This document shows, piece by piece, positions 41,005-56,524 of a DNA stretch of 64,000 nt. Both the position numbers and the translations under genes were made by a program. The notes beneath the pieces were generated by a model. The model searched no databases and was not told where the DNA came from. It saw only the letters and a list, made by a program, of their open reading frames with translations. The stretch is from the human T2T-CHM13v2.0 reference genome, Homo sapiens. Where the stretch lies: NCBI RefSeq assembly GCF_009914755.1, contig NC_060925.1. One strand, 5' to 3'. Positions within the stretch are counted from its first letter, which is position 1. Each line of letters starts with the position of its first letter.

Positions 41005-41345
41005 GTTCATTCCACAAAGTCTGGGTTCTTTCTATGTGCCCAGTACTGTGCTACACACTAGAGACACAACTCTGTTCCTGGTCCCAGGGAGTGGAAAGAG
41101 AAACACTGAACATATAAGCATGGTTAGGGTCATGAAGAAAAAGTGTAGCACATGGCAGAATCAGGAAATAGGAAGTCCTTACTTATTCTGGAGAGTCTCC
41201 TCAAGGAAATACTGTTTATACTGTTTGAGCTGAGATAGGAAAAACAAGCGTTCAATTATTAGATATTGGGATATCAGGAAGATTCCAGGCCTAGGGAAGA
41301 GGGTGTGTGAAAGGCATGGCGGGGAAGACAACAGTGCATGTTATT
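41005..41345 (-). mobile_element. L2 fragment
   Basis: CTATGTGCCCAGTACTGTGCTA...TTTGAGCTGAGA...GATTCCAGGC. Confidence 0.6.
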
Positions 41346-42047
41346 TACAATATAGTATTGTGAGACAATTTTTAAAAACTGCATTTGGCAGAGCTGTATC
41401 AACTGCTATGGACATTTGCCAAGGACCATCAGGCCCTCTATGGAGCCATGAAAGAGACCCTAAAGAGACTTCATTCACCTAAATGCATGTGTATCCTCTA
41501 AGCTAACACTGCTTAGTGTTTGCAAGGCTTATTTCTGGATTAAAGAGGTAATCAAAGTCTGGATATAGTGGGAATAAAACTCTGATCCTTGCCTAGATTT
41601 GATATCCTGGTCAGTGGAAGGCCACATAGAGGGTATGAGTCAATGTATCAGCTGTTTTATGTGTTAGTGATGGTTTCATTTTGTAGCAAGATGGGGCTAT
41701 TTTCCCCTTAAGTTCACAGTTTCTCTTGCGAGGTGTGGCAGCGCTTCCTGTTGTACAAGACAGATGTTGCCCTGGTGTTACATGAATCATCGTATCTCCC
41801 TCATTTAATTTAAAGAAAGCCAATTTTTAGTGATTGAGGTAGAAAGGAAGACCCATTTTTAGTGATGGCACCCACTGACCAATGTTCTAAGCCAGATACA
41901 ACCTTCCAGCTCATGTCAATCAGGAGGAGTGCCCTGTCTGCTCAGGCACACACACAAAGTTGGGGGTAGTCTTTGTCCTCCATCTTTGTGGTTGTTAGAC
42001 CCTGAGCCCAGTCTCCCAGCCCCCTTCACTGCATCTCCGTGGGTCTT

Positions 42048-42484
42048 TGTATTAGTGCATTCTTACATTGCTATAAAGAAATACCTGAGACTGGACAATG
42101 TATAAAGAGAAGAGATTTAATTGGCTCACAGTTCTTCAGGCTGCACAGAAAGCATGATGCTGGCATCTGCTCGGCTTCTGGGGAGGCCTCAGGAAACTTA
42201 AATTTATGGCAGAAGGCAAAGGAGGAGCAGATACAACTTACATGGCAGGAGCAGGGGCGAGAGAGAGAGAGAGAGAGATGGAGGAGGTGCCACACACTTT
42301 TAAACAACCAGATCTCATGAGAACTCACTCAGTAACCTGAGGACAGTACCAAGGGAGATGTTGCTAAACCATTCATGAAAAACCACCCCTATGAGCCAAT
42401 CACCTCCCACCAAGCCCTGCTTCCAACATTGAGGGTTACAATTCAACATGAGATTTGTTGGTGACACAGATCCAAACCGTATCA
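42048..42484 (-). mobile_element. MSTA-like solo LTR
   Basis: TGTATTAG...CCGTATCA with perfect TSD GTCTT (42043-42047 and 42485-42489). Confidence 0.92.
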
Positions 42485-42654
42485 GTCTTGTGGATTATTA
42501 TTCATGGCCTCCTGAGCATCGGCTTGAGAGAGGTAGAATGAGCTCATCTTTGCTCAAAGCCATGCTAGAATTACAGGCACAATTTCTGGAAATTATGCAA
42601 CCAGTATTTTTTTCTAGTTCTGTGATCTCCAAGAAAAGGCTATAAGTTTCTAGT

Positions 42655-42852
42655 ACAGGAATTGGCAAACATTTCCTTTTTTGTAAAGGTCTGATGTTTT
42701 AGGCTTTACAAGCCACTTGTGGTCACTACCACATATTCTTTGTTTGGTTATGTTACAACTCTTTAAAAATGTAAAAATATTTTTTAGTCTAGCTGTAAAG
42801 AAACTGGCTACAGGCTGGATTTGGCTCATGGGCTGCGATTTCCCATCCCAGG
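42655..42852. mobile_element. MER58 (hAT-Charlie MITE)
   Basis: CAGGAATTGGCAAAC...GGCTGGATTTGGCTCATGGGC; TCTAG-containing target sequence on both sides. Confidence 0.8.
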
Positions 42853-43009
42853 ATCTAGGGCAAAGCTGGACCAGAGCCAGGTAGCCCAACCTGATGAGCT
42901 GCCTCTTCCCTTACACTCTTCGGCATTAATAATTGTCAAATAAATGTTTTATGTCTAACAGGGTCCATTTACATTGCAGTTTACGTAAGATAATGGGGTC
43001 ATTTCTAAG

Positions 43010-43508
43010 ACTTGTTTTTACTCTGCTTGCAAGCTAATAAGTTAGACTGCCACAGTTTCATGAGACATGGTTGAATTCACAAAACTCCTGGCTCAGAGAA
43101 GAAGAACAGATTATTCGTTGCAACAGCAGTGGACAGATTGTACAGATTACAAGCTTGTTGTGATGGTTCCTCAAGCTCTGGTTCCCACAAGGTGAGGCCC
43201 AGAGAGCCAGATGATGTCTGCCTATGTAGTGGGTTACATTACAGAAGAAAAATATTGAGTTTATTAAAAAGAATCTTTCATAATGGGCAATAAGCACATT
43301 TACCTTTTGTAGCAGTGGGACAGACTATCTCTCCCATCCCAGGCTATAGCAAATCTGTTCTTTTTTCTTGAGGAAAATACTACCTCCATCTTCCAAGGCT
43401 GTTACAAATATCCTTGAAAAGATAGTCCAGGGGGGAAAAAGGTAGTTGGAGCCTTACTTGTACTACATGTAGAAATATAAGACATCCATGGAAAATTGTC
43501 TTTCAATA
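43010..43508 (-). mobile_element. LTR40-like solo LTR
   Basis: TCTTCCAAGGCTG...TCCTTGAAAAGATAGTC...CCATGGAAAATTGTCT, the reverse of the LTR40 5' end. Confidence 0.75.
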
Positions 43509-43733
43509 GACAACTGGTATCTGCTTATATTAATGTGACAGTCCATCCATTTTGGAGAAATAAAACATCAAGTAACCCATTTCTGGTGTAAGTGATCTTT
43601 TCCTAGTGCCCTGTACTTATGATGTCATCTAAGAACAGATCTAAGATCCAATCTTAAGATTATATAGTTCCATGATAGCTAATCACTTTGATATAGGGAT
43701 TTTGGCTCCAGGACAAAGAAAAGGAACAACAGC

Positions 43734-44182
<449 letters not shown>

Positions 44183-45820
44183 GAAAAGGAACAACAACAA
44201 CAAAACAGCATGGCTCACTTCGGGAACTTTCAGGACACTTGAAATTTAAAGTGAAATCAGAAATACTGTCTAAGGAGACATTAAATGATTACTTCCTTCA
44301 ACAAGAAGCCTATTTTTCCTTCCACTGTGTCCCAAGTGATATATAATTTGGCAGAATTCAAGCCAGAAATCAGTGGGAAAGGCTTGAATGTGATCCCTGA
44401 GTCATGAGACTACTGCAGAGGACAGCCAGGCACGAATACAGGTGGTTTAATGGGAAACACTAGGAGCTAACTGATGCCTGGGTCAAGAACAGAAACGAAG
44501 AATCAGGAAAGGGTAGAGCACATATCATTTGTGAATAAAGGTGGCTGAGAAAGCATCACTAGAGAAGTTTATGTTAATGACTCTCTGGTCCAGAGTGCTT
44601 TCCCTTTGCTTTTTTCTTTTGACAATACTGCCGAGTGCTTTTTAAAGATGATCCCTAATATAGGACAGCTTTACACAATAAGTTTATTACTGAAAATTGT
44701 GTCAGTTGAAGCTTTTATAGTCAAATATGTGTTTCCCATGGTCATATTTCTATTTCAGTGATGCTTAATATTCATTTTTTGAGTCATCTCCTTCGTTATT
44801 GAGTTAGCACATCAGAGGTCCCAAGTTTCTAAACCCTTCACAAATACAATCTACAAACAAAATATAAAGCAACATTATACTTAAGCTTCAAGAGGCAAGA
44901 TCCATTATCTGTAATATCAAAATTATTAAAGAATCAAAATAAAATCAATTTCATCAATATTAATGCAATTTTATATTTTTAAACTTATAATAATAAATAC
45001 TGAATATAAGAGAAAACAGTAAGTAGAAGTTTCTTTATTGGAAAATGTGGCATAAATTATTCCTCTCTCCCCTCCCTCGATGGAGGAATTTGTGTGATTG
45101 GAATAACCCAATGTAGAGAGACAGTAATGTTGAGTGCAGATTCTAGAACCAGGTCAGGTAGCTTTACATCCAAGTTCCAGAACATATTAGCTTCAAGAGT
45201 AGCTTAATTTATCTATATCTGATATCCTGGTCAGTGGAAGGCAATATGGAGGGTATGAGTCAAGGTAGCAGGAAATAAAATGTTTATAGATTGAATGCTT
45301 CCCAAACTTCAATTTTTAAATACTCTAGAGAATACTATCTTCCAGGAAGAAGTCTCACTATCTCCAGACAGGCAGCTAGATTAGGGCAGATCATCTCATT
45401 GCGATCCAGTGTTGGGCTGATATGAGTCTGGGTTACAGACTTTGTAAGGCTCATCCTACTGCTGGTTTACCCTACACTTGAGAAAGAGTGTAGGGTTCCA
45501 GGTTCATAGCTGACAGCCAGTGGTATTTTCAGAGACAATCCTCCACGGCATAGCTTGAACTCCTATCCTTTTTTTCTATTAAGCACTTCTTCTTCATTGC
45601 TTTTTGCCTTGGTTTTTTAGCCTCTTACCCTGTACAGCTTAAATGTCTTGGTCTTTCCGGCTGACACTTAAGAAATAAATAACACTTAGCAGTCCTGGAG
45701 ATTGCCCCATCCTCCATTGATTTTCTTGAGGGAGAGATTCAGTTTTGTCTGGGAAACAGGATTGACTCAGGACTCTGCCAGAGGGTAACCGTGCCTGTTT
45801 TCTTGGCCTATTTCCAGTTT

Positions 45821-46029
45821 CAATACTGTCCAATAAAACTATCTGTGATGACAAAATGTTCTAGATCCATGCTATCTAATCAGATGGACATTAGCCACCT
45901 ATGGCTGTTGAGCACTGAAAATGTGGTTAGGGCAGCTGAAGAAATGAATTTCTTATTTTATTTAGCTCTAATTAATTTAAATGTGAATAGCCACACATGG
46001 TGAGTGGCTGTCCAATTGGACAGCACAGC
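45821..46029. mobile_element. MER3 (hAT-Charlie MITE)
   Basis: CTGTCCAATA...TAGCCACC...TTGGACAGCACAG terminal inverted repeats. Confidence 0.85.
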
Positions 46030-46616
46030 CATCCACAGCAGTTTTAGGTACAGCATTTCATAGTTTTTCTTCAATTGGAAAAACTGTGACATGAAAGGAT
46101 TAGATCACTGCAGGTTGATTCTAGCTTGTCAAGGCCGCCTCTATGTGCCAGCCCTCCTTGCCTTAGAAAGGGTGTAAGTGAAACAACAGCATCCTTAACA
46201 AAGCCAAGAAAACCCACAGCCTGTAACAATATAATAAAAGAGGCAGACATGTTGAAGACAGATTTTCCCCATTTTCAAGGTCTTCTTTTCTCTCATATAC
46301 CTTCCAATTGATGTTTTTTTGAAACACCCTTAGACAGTGCCGTTCAATGTTTTCAAATCTTGTTACTATTACTCTTTTAGCAGCAGAACTTTTTATGACA
46401 CTAAGACTCTCATGAAACCCCAATATATTAAAGAGGTAAAATCAGGGATAGAGGATTCATAGCCATACCTGATCTCACATACCCTTTTCCAACTACCTTC
46501 TCAGAGCTCTGAAGAGCAGTTTGAAAACCACAATTCTAACAGACCACTATGGCTTTATACATGAATTAACTAGAGCCCAGAGAAATGAAGTGGTGACTCT
46601 AAGTTGCTTGAATGCT

Positions 46617-46683
46617 AAAAAAAAAAAAAAAGAAAGAAAGAAAAAGAAAGAGGAAGAAAGAAAAGAAAGAAAGAAAGAAAGAA

Positions 46684-46747
<64 letters not shown>

Positions 46748-46766
46748 ACGAACGAACAGACAGACA
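46617..46766 (+). repeat. A14 plus (GAAA)n grading into (GAAC)/(GACA)
   Basis: Read directly; lies immediately 5' of an Alu. Confidence 0.95.
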
Positions 46767-46771
46767 AGCTT

Positions 46772-47088
<317 letters not shown>

Positions 47089-47544
47089 TCAGGTTTCTTG
47101 TCTCTCAGTGCAGTGTTCTCCCATGTTGTGGCTTCTGCGTGAAGCTTTTCTAACTTCATTAGTCTTTTTAATGCCTCTAAAAATAGGGCTGGCCTTTACC
47201 CTATAACACAACAGGTCTTCTAAGCTCTGTTAGGAGTTGTTCACTATTGTATGACATGCCTTTCTCTTGTTTCCTTGCCCACACTGCAAGTTCCTTAAAA
47301 GCAGGAACCATGCCATGTATTTCTGTTAAAGCCATGGTACACTTGGCAGAATGTAAATAAGCCTACAGTCAACATCCATTTGAATGATGATTCTTGCTGC
47401 AAGTCGTTTTATTGAGAGCTTGCTGAATGCCCAGCAGGCCCTCGTGCCTTAGGAAAATACAAAGTATAGAAAACAGTTTCTCCCCTTAGGAAGCTTTGGG
47501 CTTAGGTGGAGAAACAAGACAGCACAGAGAAATAACTCCAAAGC

Positions 47545-47735
47545 TGTCTCTCAACATGGAGCTCAACATGAGCTCCATGGATCACCTCCAACAGGGCTAC
47601 TTGAAGAACTTGCTATGAATTCAGACTCCTGGATCTCATATGCAGAGATTCAGATTAGGGAAGACCCAGAAATCATCATTTATGATAAATTCCTCAGTTG
47701 ACTTTGCACATTTGCAATTTTACAAACTGGAAAAC
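47545..47735. mobile_element. MER5-like fragment
   Basis: CAGACTCCTGG...CAGAGATTCAGATT... Confidence 0.5.
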
Positions 47736-48099
47736 ATAAGTAGGTTAGTGATCGTTTATGTGGTAATGGTCTTGAATACAACATTAAAGAACTTGGATGA
47801 TCTAAGGAGAGAACTCAGGCTGCATGATGTCAAGTGGAGGAGCTGGGAGTTGGAGTGGAGCAAGGGACTCACCCCTGTTAAAGCTGCCATGGTAACTGCC
47901 ACTGACCCCTGAAGAAGTGTGCCCTGAGCCCTTCTGGATGATGGTGAGTGGTACTTTCATACTCTTGATCAGCTTGTACTCCAGATAAGCGGGCCACCAG
48001 CTCAGGGAGATGGAGTGGCAGGATGAGGCTGCATTTCTGGGCAACCCATGTGGAAGAAAGCAGACAACATGATCAGCACTGGGGGGGATTTGTCAGTCA

Positions 48100-48590
48100 C
48101 TCCATTGGGTATCTGTTGTTACATAACAAAGCATCCCAAAACTTAGCAGCTTAAAACAACAAACATTAATTATTTCACAATGTTGCTCACAGAATCTGGA
48201 AGCAGTAATACTTGGGCTTAGCCCCTCCTATGAAGTTGCAGCCAAGATATTGGCCTTGACAACCGTCATCTGAAGGCTTGGCTAGAGCTAAAGCATATGC
48301 CTCCATGTTCACACACATGGCTGTTGGCTGGAGGTGTCAGGTCCTCACCATGTAGATCTATGTAGATCTTTCCAGAGGACTGCTGGTGACATGGCTTATG
48401 GCTTCCTTAGACAAAGTGATGAGAGAGAGAGAAACCAAATGAAAGCCAGGATGTCTTTCATAATATAATCTCAGAAGTGATGTATACCCTCACATACGCC
48501 GTATTTTATTAGCTACACAGATCAACCCTGGTAGGAAGAAATTACACAAAGATGTGAATACCAGGAGGTAAGAGTCAAAGAGCAAGAAAC
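48100..48590 (-). mobile_element. MLT1F-like solo LTR
   Basis: CCCAAAACTTAGCAGCTTAAAACAAC...TCATCTGAAGGCTTG...GTGAATACCAGGAGG. Confidence 0.8.
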
Positions 48591-49329
48591 ATGTGGCAAG
48601 AGTTATATCTGAGAATAACTTGAAAGTTTTACTTTGTCCAGAAATACTGCCTTTTGCTAAGATATAAGAGAAATTTGATGATCTTAAAAACATCTTAGAG
48701 GTCAAGTTACTCTGAGTCTTTTCTCTACTTCTTTTCCCAGAACTCAGAACTGAGTTCATATGCACCTCCCTTCTATTTCCCTGGGGACAGAACTGTCAGG
48801 ATTAGAATGGGTATCTGTAGGAAGATTTCTGTAAGAAGACCCGTAAGATCTTCTGACTGAAATGTGAAGACTCTGGAAGTCTTGAGCCTTCCAGTATAGA
48901 TTATAATGTGTGTCACTCTTCTTAGCAGACTGTGCAAAGCCACATGATGCTAGAGTCTTGGGTAGGTTGGGAATGATGACCCTTGTCCCACATTCTCAGA
49001 AGATAACTTTATCTCATCCTTCACCATGATGGCTATTCTCTACTTGCTCCCTTCTACATGTACATTCCTTGTACTTCTCTGGGTCCCAGGCTCCTTGCCA
49101 CCTGCCTTTTGTTTGGGTTTGGCCACTGGAAATCACTGGTAGATGAACAATATTCTGTGTGTCCTTCTGGTTTGCTGTTATCTCTAGTAGCATCTGCATC
49201 ACTTCATGACTTCAGCTCCTGCTGGGTGGCCTCTGTTCCAAGGATTCTGATCTCATTGGCTTTCAATTGCACTTATTCTTCCCCTTGTCCCTTCAACACT
49301 AACAGTGTAACAGTTTCTGGTGCTATTAG

Positions 49330-49678
<349 letters not shown>

Positions 49679-49849
49679 TGAATGCCTCCTTTTAACCTTA
49701 GTCCCACATCTATTAAGTGGTCTCTAATTATGCACTCTGATGATTTGGTTTTTGCCAGGATCCTGACTCATGTATTTTCCTCAACTGAAGAAACATTGAG
49801 AGTGTGCAGCATCCTGACCCCACTCCAACATATGCTAGTTTCTCTCCAG

Positions 49850-51430
<1,581 letters not shown>

Positions 51431-51949
51431 GGAAGTTAGGAGAACCAGAAGTTTCCCATGTGTACAATGATCATATTCCTAAGGCAAGTTTTGGGGCATA
51501 CATATTTAACAATGTTTGATGTATATGATGCGGTCTGATGGATCGAAGATTTGAAGTCAAGACTACCCAAGTTGTTAAAGAAAATGAAAGTGTTCTTTTT
51601 CTGTTTGTTTTTTGTGTGTGTTTTTTTCTTAATCTGGAAGGTGTTCTTAAGGGCATGAAGTGTGTATGAAGGGGAGGGGGCTCAGAAAAGCAGGACCTGG
51701 GTCATTCCTCCTCTCTCTCCTGTCTGTTTCTACCTTCCTCTGTGCAAGCTTATTGGGCCCTTAATTATTTTCTACCAAGTTAATCGAACCTGGGGCCAGA
51801 GATGATTGAGAAGTAAATGCAAAGGGTCCAAGGCAATTCATGGGCTGAGTCCCCTAATACATCCGCACACTTCCCTCCCAGCCTCACACAACCTTCCCTC
51901 TTCAGTCAAGCCTCCCATTCCCCAAGCTCCCCTACCTCCACCCAGCTCT

Positions 51950-52250
51950 CAAATATAGGATGTCTTAAATTATTCACCCTCACACTTTTCCTGGTGGCTC
52001 CATTCATGCCCATGATTTCAACCTCCACTCCCATGTGGAATAATGCCGATGCCCAAATCTTTAGCTCTCACCCTCAGTACTCGCTGGGGTGCCAGACCTG
52101 TGTGACCAGCCAAATGCTGATTAATGATTTCCAGTTGGGTGTCCTCTGAGGCACCTATTGTGTCCAGAAATAAATTAATCATTTTTCTTTTATTCCACTC
52201 TCTCTTATCTTCGTTCTACAATATCCCAATAGAAACATTAGAGTCATGAC
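51950..52250 (+). mobile_element. L2 fragment
   Basis: CATTCATGCCCATGATTTCAAC...CCCAAATCTTTAGCTC...CCAGACCTG. Confidence 0.6.
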
Positions 52251-52251
52251 A

Positions 52252-52475
52252 GTGATAATGAGAAACATTTTTTTAATGTTAACTATAAGCCAGGCACTGT
52301 TTTAGGAGTTATGTGTATATAAACCTGCTTTATACTTAAAACCCCATTTTACAGATGGGCAAGTGAAGCATAGACAGGTAAAGTAACTTGACCGAAGTTT
52401 AAGTCAGAAAGCCAGGATTCAAACCAAGAGAGTTTAGATAGAGAGGCTGAACTCATAACCACTATGCTATGTGCC
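52252..52475 (-). mobile_element. MIR
   Basis: CCCCATTTTACAGATGGG...TAAAGTAACTTG...CCAGGATTCAAACC. Confidence 0.85.
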
Positions 52476-53004
52476 TCTAGAAGGATTAAGTGTCTTAATA
52501 TTGTTCCTTTCACTAGTGAGCAGGATTACTGAGGATTGGGTTTCTAACTGAATAAACTTTTATTTCCATCACCCAGTTTCGTGGTTGGTAAATAGTGGTG
52601 TATATTGGATAAGTAAATAAAGAAATGAAGGTGTGCAGGAGATACTGGAAAAGTAGCTATGAAGTTAACCACAAGTCAAAAAAAAATGCATTCTAGAAAG
52701 GGATGCTCTACAGCCTCCTATTTCCTCTACATTGCACCTTCTCTTTGGGTATTAGGGTTTTTAGAGTCCCAGAAGACGTCTATAAAACATGGCACAATGG
52801 AAGTGGAGGTGGAGAAGTGGAGGGAAAGAGAAACAAACAAACAAAAGGCATCATCCCTTCTCTTATCACTTTCCACTTCTCCAGGCTTGTATTTGTCACA
52901 TTGAAACAGAGTTTGGTATTTTCATTGTAGTTGTACAAGTATAGTTTGTTAATCTCAAGAGGAATAAAATATAGCCATATAATTTTATTTCACCAGTAGA
53001 GAAC

Positions 53005-53255
53005 CAAATAATAATAGCGAATTCTTAAGGAACTATTTTGAGGTTCTTAAGGAACTATTTTGAGGTTCCAGGTGTTATGCTAAGCAGTTTCTAAGCCCAT
53101 GGGCATTATTATCAGTTCTAATATGCAAGTGGGGAAACTGAGGCAAAGAGACTTGTTAAGGAGCTTGCTCCGGATGACAAGGCAAATGCCTGGCGGATAG
53201 GGATTTGGACACAGCCTGTGAGCCCGTGAAACTTCTGCCCTTCACCCGCAATGCT
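53005..53255 (-). mobile_element. MIR
   Basis: GGGGAAACTGAGGCAAAGAG...GGATTTGGACACAG. Confidence 0.7.
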
Positions 53256-54019
53256 GTAGAAAGGCTTCCCGTGAAAATGGGCTTTTAAATAATCTGAACA
53301 GTGATGAACTGGGGATGGGAGGTAATGCGTCATTGGCAATATTTTCCCATTTTGTGAGGTGCGGTGAGAAAAGCCTGTTTCTCAATTCTATGGTAGAGCT
53401 TTCTCCATTCATTTTCTTGTGGTTTCATCAGCATACAACATGGGAAGGCAAAGGAAGGGAAAACAGCCATAAAAAATAAAAACAAAACCTAAAGTAAAGC
53501 CTGTTCAATCAGCTGAGGCTGCCATTAATTTCAATAAATATCCAGTTAAATTCATTGACAGGCAACTTATGAATCTTGGAGAAAAATGGATCACTTCAAA
53601 AATCTGCAACCTTTTGGAGGCTTGCTGAGTAATGTGATTTTTCAATGTAATGATGTTTAATATTGATTTTAATTTGCTGAATATGCCCTGGATAATTTGG
53701 AGCATCTACGGGGTTTAGTTTGCAGGTTGCCTTTCCTTTTAAGGTGTTGAAAACTGTAAAAGGAGAATTGATTAAACTGAGCATTCATTTTAAATATACT
53801 GGCAGAAAATTGCTTACTCCTCATGACTTCAAGCATCTGAATATCATGTCTAATGATCAGGGTTGCTTCTGGTTTGGTTTTTATTACTAGAGAATAGTCC
53901 ATCTGAACAAAACCTGCAAGTAAAGTCTACTCATTTCTCTTCAATTTTGACGTTAAAGCCACTGCTCAGAATCAAATATGCTTTGAGTTGTTTTACTAAA
54001 CACTTGAATTTAGGTAAGC

Positions 54020-54882
54020 TGTGAGGATATAGGAAAAGATAAATTCAGTTTCTCCCACTATGCTTCTGACACCAGCTGAGTGTATATGTTGTGGGGTGGG
54101 GGTTCCCCAAACACTGAGAAATTCCCTGGCAGAATCTCCCATGGACACCAGTTGGGTGTCGTCCAATTCAATTCTGACACTACCTACCTGGAGATAGGGT
54201 CAGACCTAACAGGTTGAGGGCTCAGTCCATAAGACACATGTCCCCCCTCCCCGACTTAGGATGCCAGTTGCAAGCCCAAGCTGTGGCCTGTGCTTCTGAT
54301 CAATTGGCTGTAAATCAGGGCTCCCACAGCACCCTCCTTGATCTGACAAATTTGCTAGAGTGGCTTACAGAATTCAGGAGAACACTTTGCTTATGTTTAC
54401 TGGTTTATTTTAATGGATATTATAAATGATAGAGATGAGCATCCAGATGGAAGAAATGCATACAGTAAGGTATGGGAGGAGTGGCAAGGAGTTTCCATGC
54501 CCTCTCTGGGTGAGCCACCCTCCAGGAACCTCCATGTGTCCAGTTATCTGGAAGCTCTCCAAACCTTGCACTGTTGGGTTGTTATGGAGGCTTCAACACA
54601 TAGGCATAATTGATTAATCATTGACTATTGATGATCAGCTCAAACTTCAGCTCCTCTCCTCTTTCCAGAGGTTGGAGGATAGGGCTGAAAGCCCCAAACC
54701 TCTAGTCACCTGCTTGCTTCCCTTGGAAACTGGTCCCCATCCTGATGATATCTAGGGGCCCACCAAGAGTCACCCCAGTAGAACAAAAGATGTTTCTATC
54801 ACCCATGAAATTCCAAAGGATTTAGGAGCTCTGTGTCAGAAAATGGGGAAGAAGACAAATATATGTATTTCACAAAATAGCA
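54020..54882 (-). mobile_element. MER21-family solo LTR
   Basis: TG...CA termini with perfect 5-bp TSD TAAGC (54015-54019 and 54883-54887); CAATTCTGACACTACCTACCTGGAGATAG motif. Confidence 0.9.
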
Positions 54883-55301
54883 TAAGCTGAGACCAAGAAA
54901 ACAGCAGCCCTTTTTATATATTTCAATAGCCAGTTTTATACATTTCTGTATTCCATAAGAGGAGAATGTTTCTAAAGCAACTGAGGAATATTTGACTTCT
55001 TAATTATAATCTCTCATTGCCCCTATGATTCCATTTCCCCCACCAGTTTTCTAAAATTGTGTCAGAAGTCCAGGAAGACCTCAGGGTACATGTATTTACA
55101 TTCTTGTACAGGTATCCAAGAGCACCCAAATATAAGAAATAGCCAAATAAATTCAGTCTACTTTGGGTCCTAGATATAATTCTGTCATTTCCCCCATATA
55201 AATTAGCGTATATTTGGGACTTAATCCACTTCAGCTCCACAGACCTTTTACCAACAGATCATTCTGTTTTCATGTTGCCAGTATGACTCTCTTACACCAT
55301 T

Positions 55302-55305
<4 letters not shown>

Positions 55306-55334
<29 letters not shown>
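55306..55334 (+). repeat. (AC)n microsatellite
   Basis: Read directly. Confidence 0.95.
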
Positions 55335-55336
<2 letters not shown>

Positions 55337-55494
55337 TGTCAGAAAACAAAATAAACCATCCTCGGTGAAGAAAATCATTTGCTCTTGTCCTCTTCCTGTT
55401 TTTTAATTCCTGGAAGCCTAAAGAGGAATAGGGATGAAATGTCTGTGTAAAAATGTTAACAACTATGAGGAAGGTGTACTTTGGTAGATATCGT

Positions 55495-55978
55495 TTGTTG
55501 GTACTTAATAGTAACACATTACTTTTTAACTGTCGCATGTACTATAGAGTCTTAAAGTTTAGAAACTACATTTCCCAGACATCTTTTGCGTAAATTCCGC
55601 CAATGAGAGGTGCTTACCTGAGATAGAGAAGGTGAAAGAGAAGATACTATTCGACTACGGATGTTACAGGAAGATGCGGGAGGGGTTTGCAGATGATTTT
55701 TCAGAAGACCTCCTAGGAATCACTCACTTTGTTGCAACAGGTAGCAACAGTTCTTGGCTTTTGGTGCTTTGGGCATCCTCCTAAGAATCACTCACATTGC
55801 TGGTAGCTCCCCTGCTCTTCCAGCACTTCTTAGTATTTAGAAATCAGCTTTACTGACTTTTACTCCTCCAGCCTTCCTAGAGATGTGTAAGCCTCTAACA
55901 CACTGTGTTAAACTTCTTTTACCTCTAAAAATCTGAAGTCATTTCAGGTTTCTATGACCAAACCCTAATGGATAACAG
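55495..55978 (+). mobile_element. LTR33-like solo LTR
   Basis: AAACTACATTTCCCAGAC...CCGCCAATGAGAGGTGC...CCCTAATGGATAACA. Confidence 0.75.
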
Positions 55979-56524
55979 GTTCCCAGATTTCTAAATATTT
56001 GAAGTAAAACTCATTATGAGATAATACTTTAGAAACAGAAAGAACTCTTCAGTTCTTATAAAATGGGTTACTGAGATATTTTGTTATCCCTAAGTAAAAT
56101 GATATAAAAACTATCAGTGAATTGCTAACACAAAATTCTTCTCAGACTAAGAATTCAAAATAGACAAGTTTCACCTTAGGGAGTATAAGTGCCTCATATG
56201 AATGAAAACCTTGCTGTGTGCCAAAGTCTTTTATCTCTTTCTGAATGTCTCTGCTTTCTCTGTTTTGTGTTAGTATTATTTGTTGTTATTGTTCCAATAT
56301 CTCTATGGCTTAGCTTATTACATGGCATAGAGTTGTTGTACAATAAATGTTAGTTGAATAAATTCATGAATGAATGTATGAATGAAAGTTGCTATGTTTC
56401 AAGTGCAAACTCATTTTACAATTTCTTCTACATTTTCTAGTCTTCTTAGTTCATTTGAAATTCTCTGTCTTGGGGAGTTTAGGGACAGCTGGTGAACCTG
56501 GGGATTGACTATGACTACTCAATC

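Noticed and set aside
55709-55795. 19-bp direct repeat CCTCCTA(G/A)GAATCACTCAC
   Set aside because: Lies inside the LTR33-like element and is most likely intrinsic LTR internal repetition
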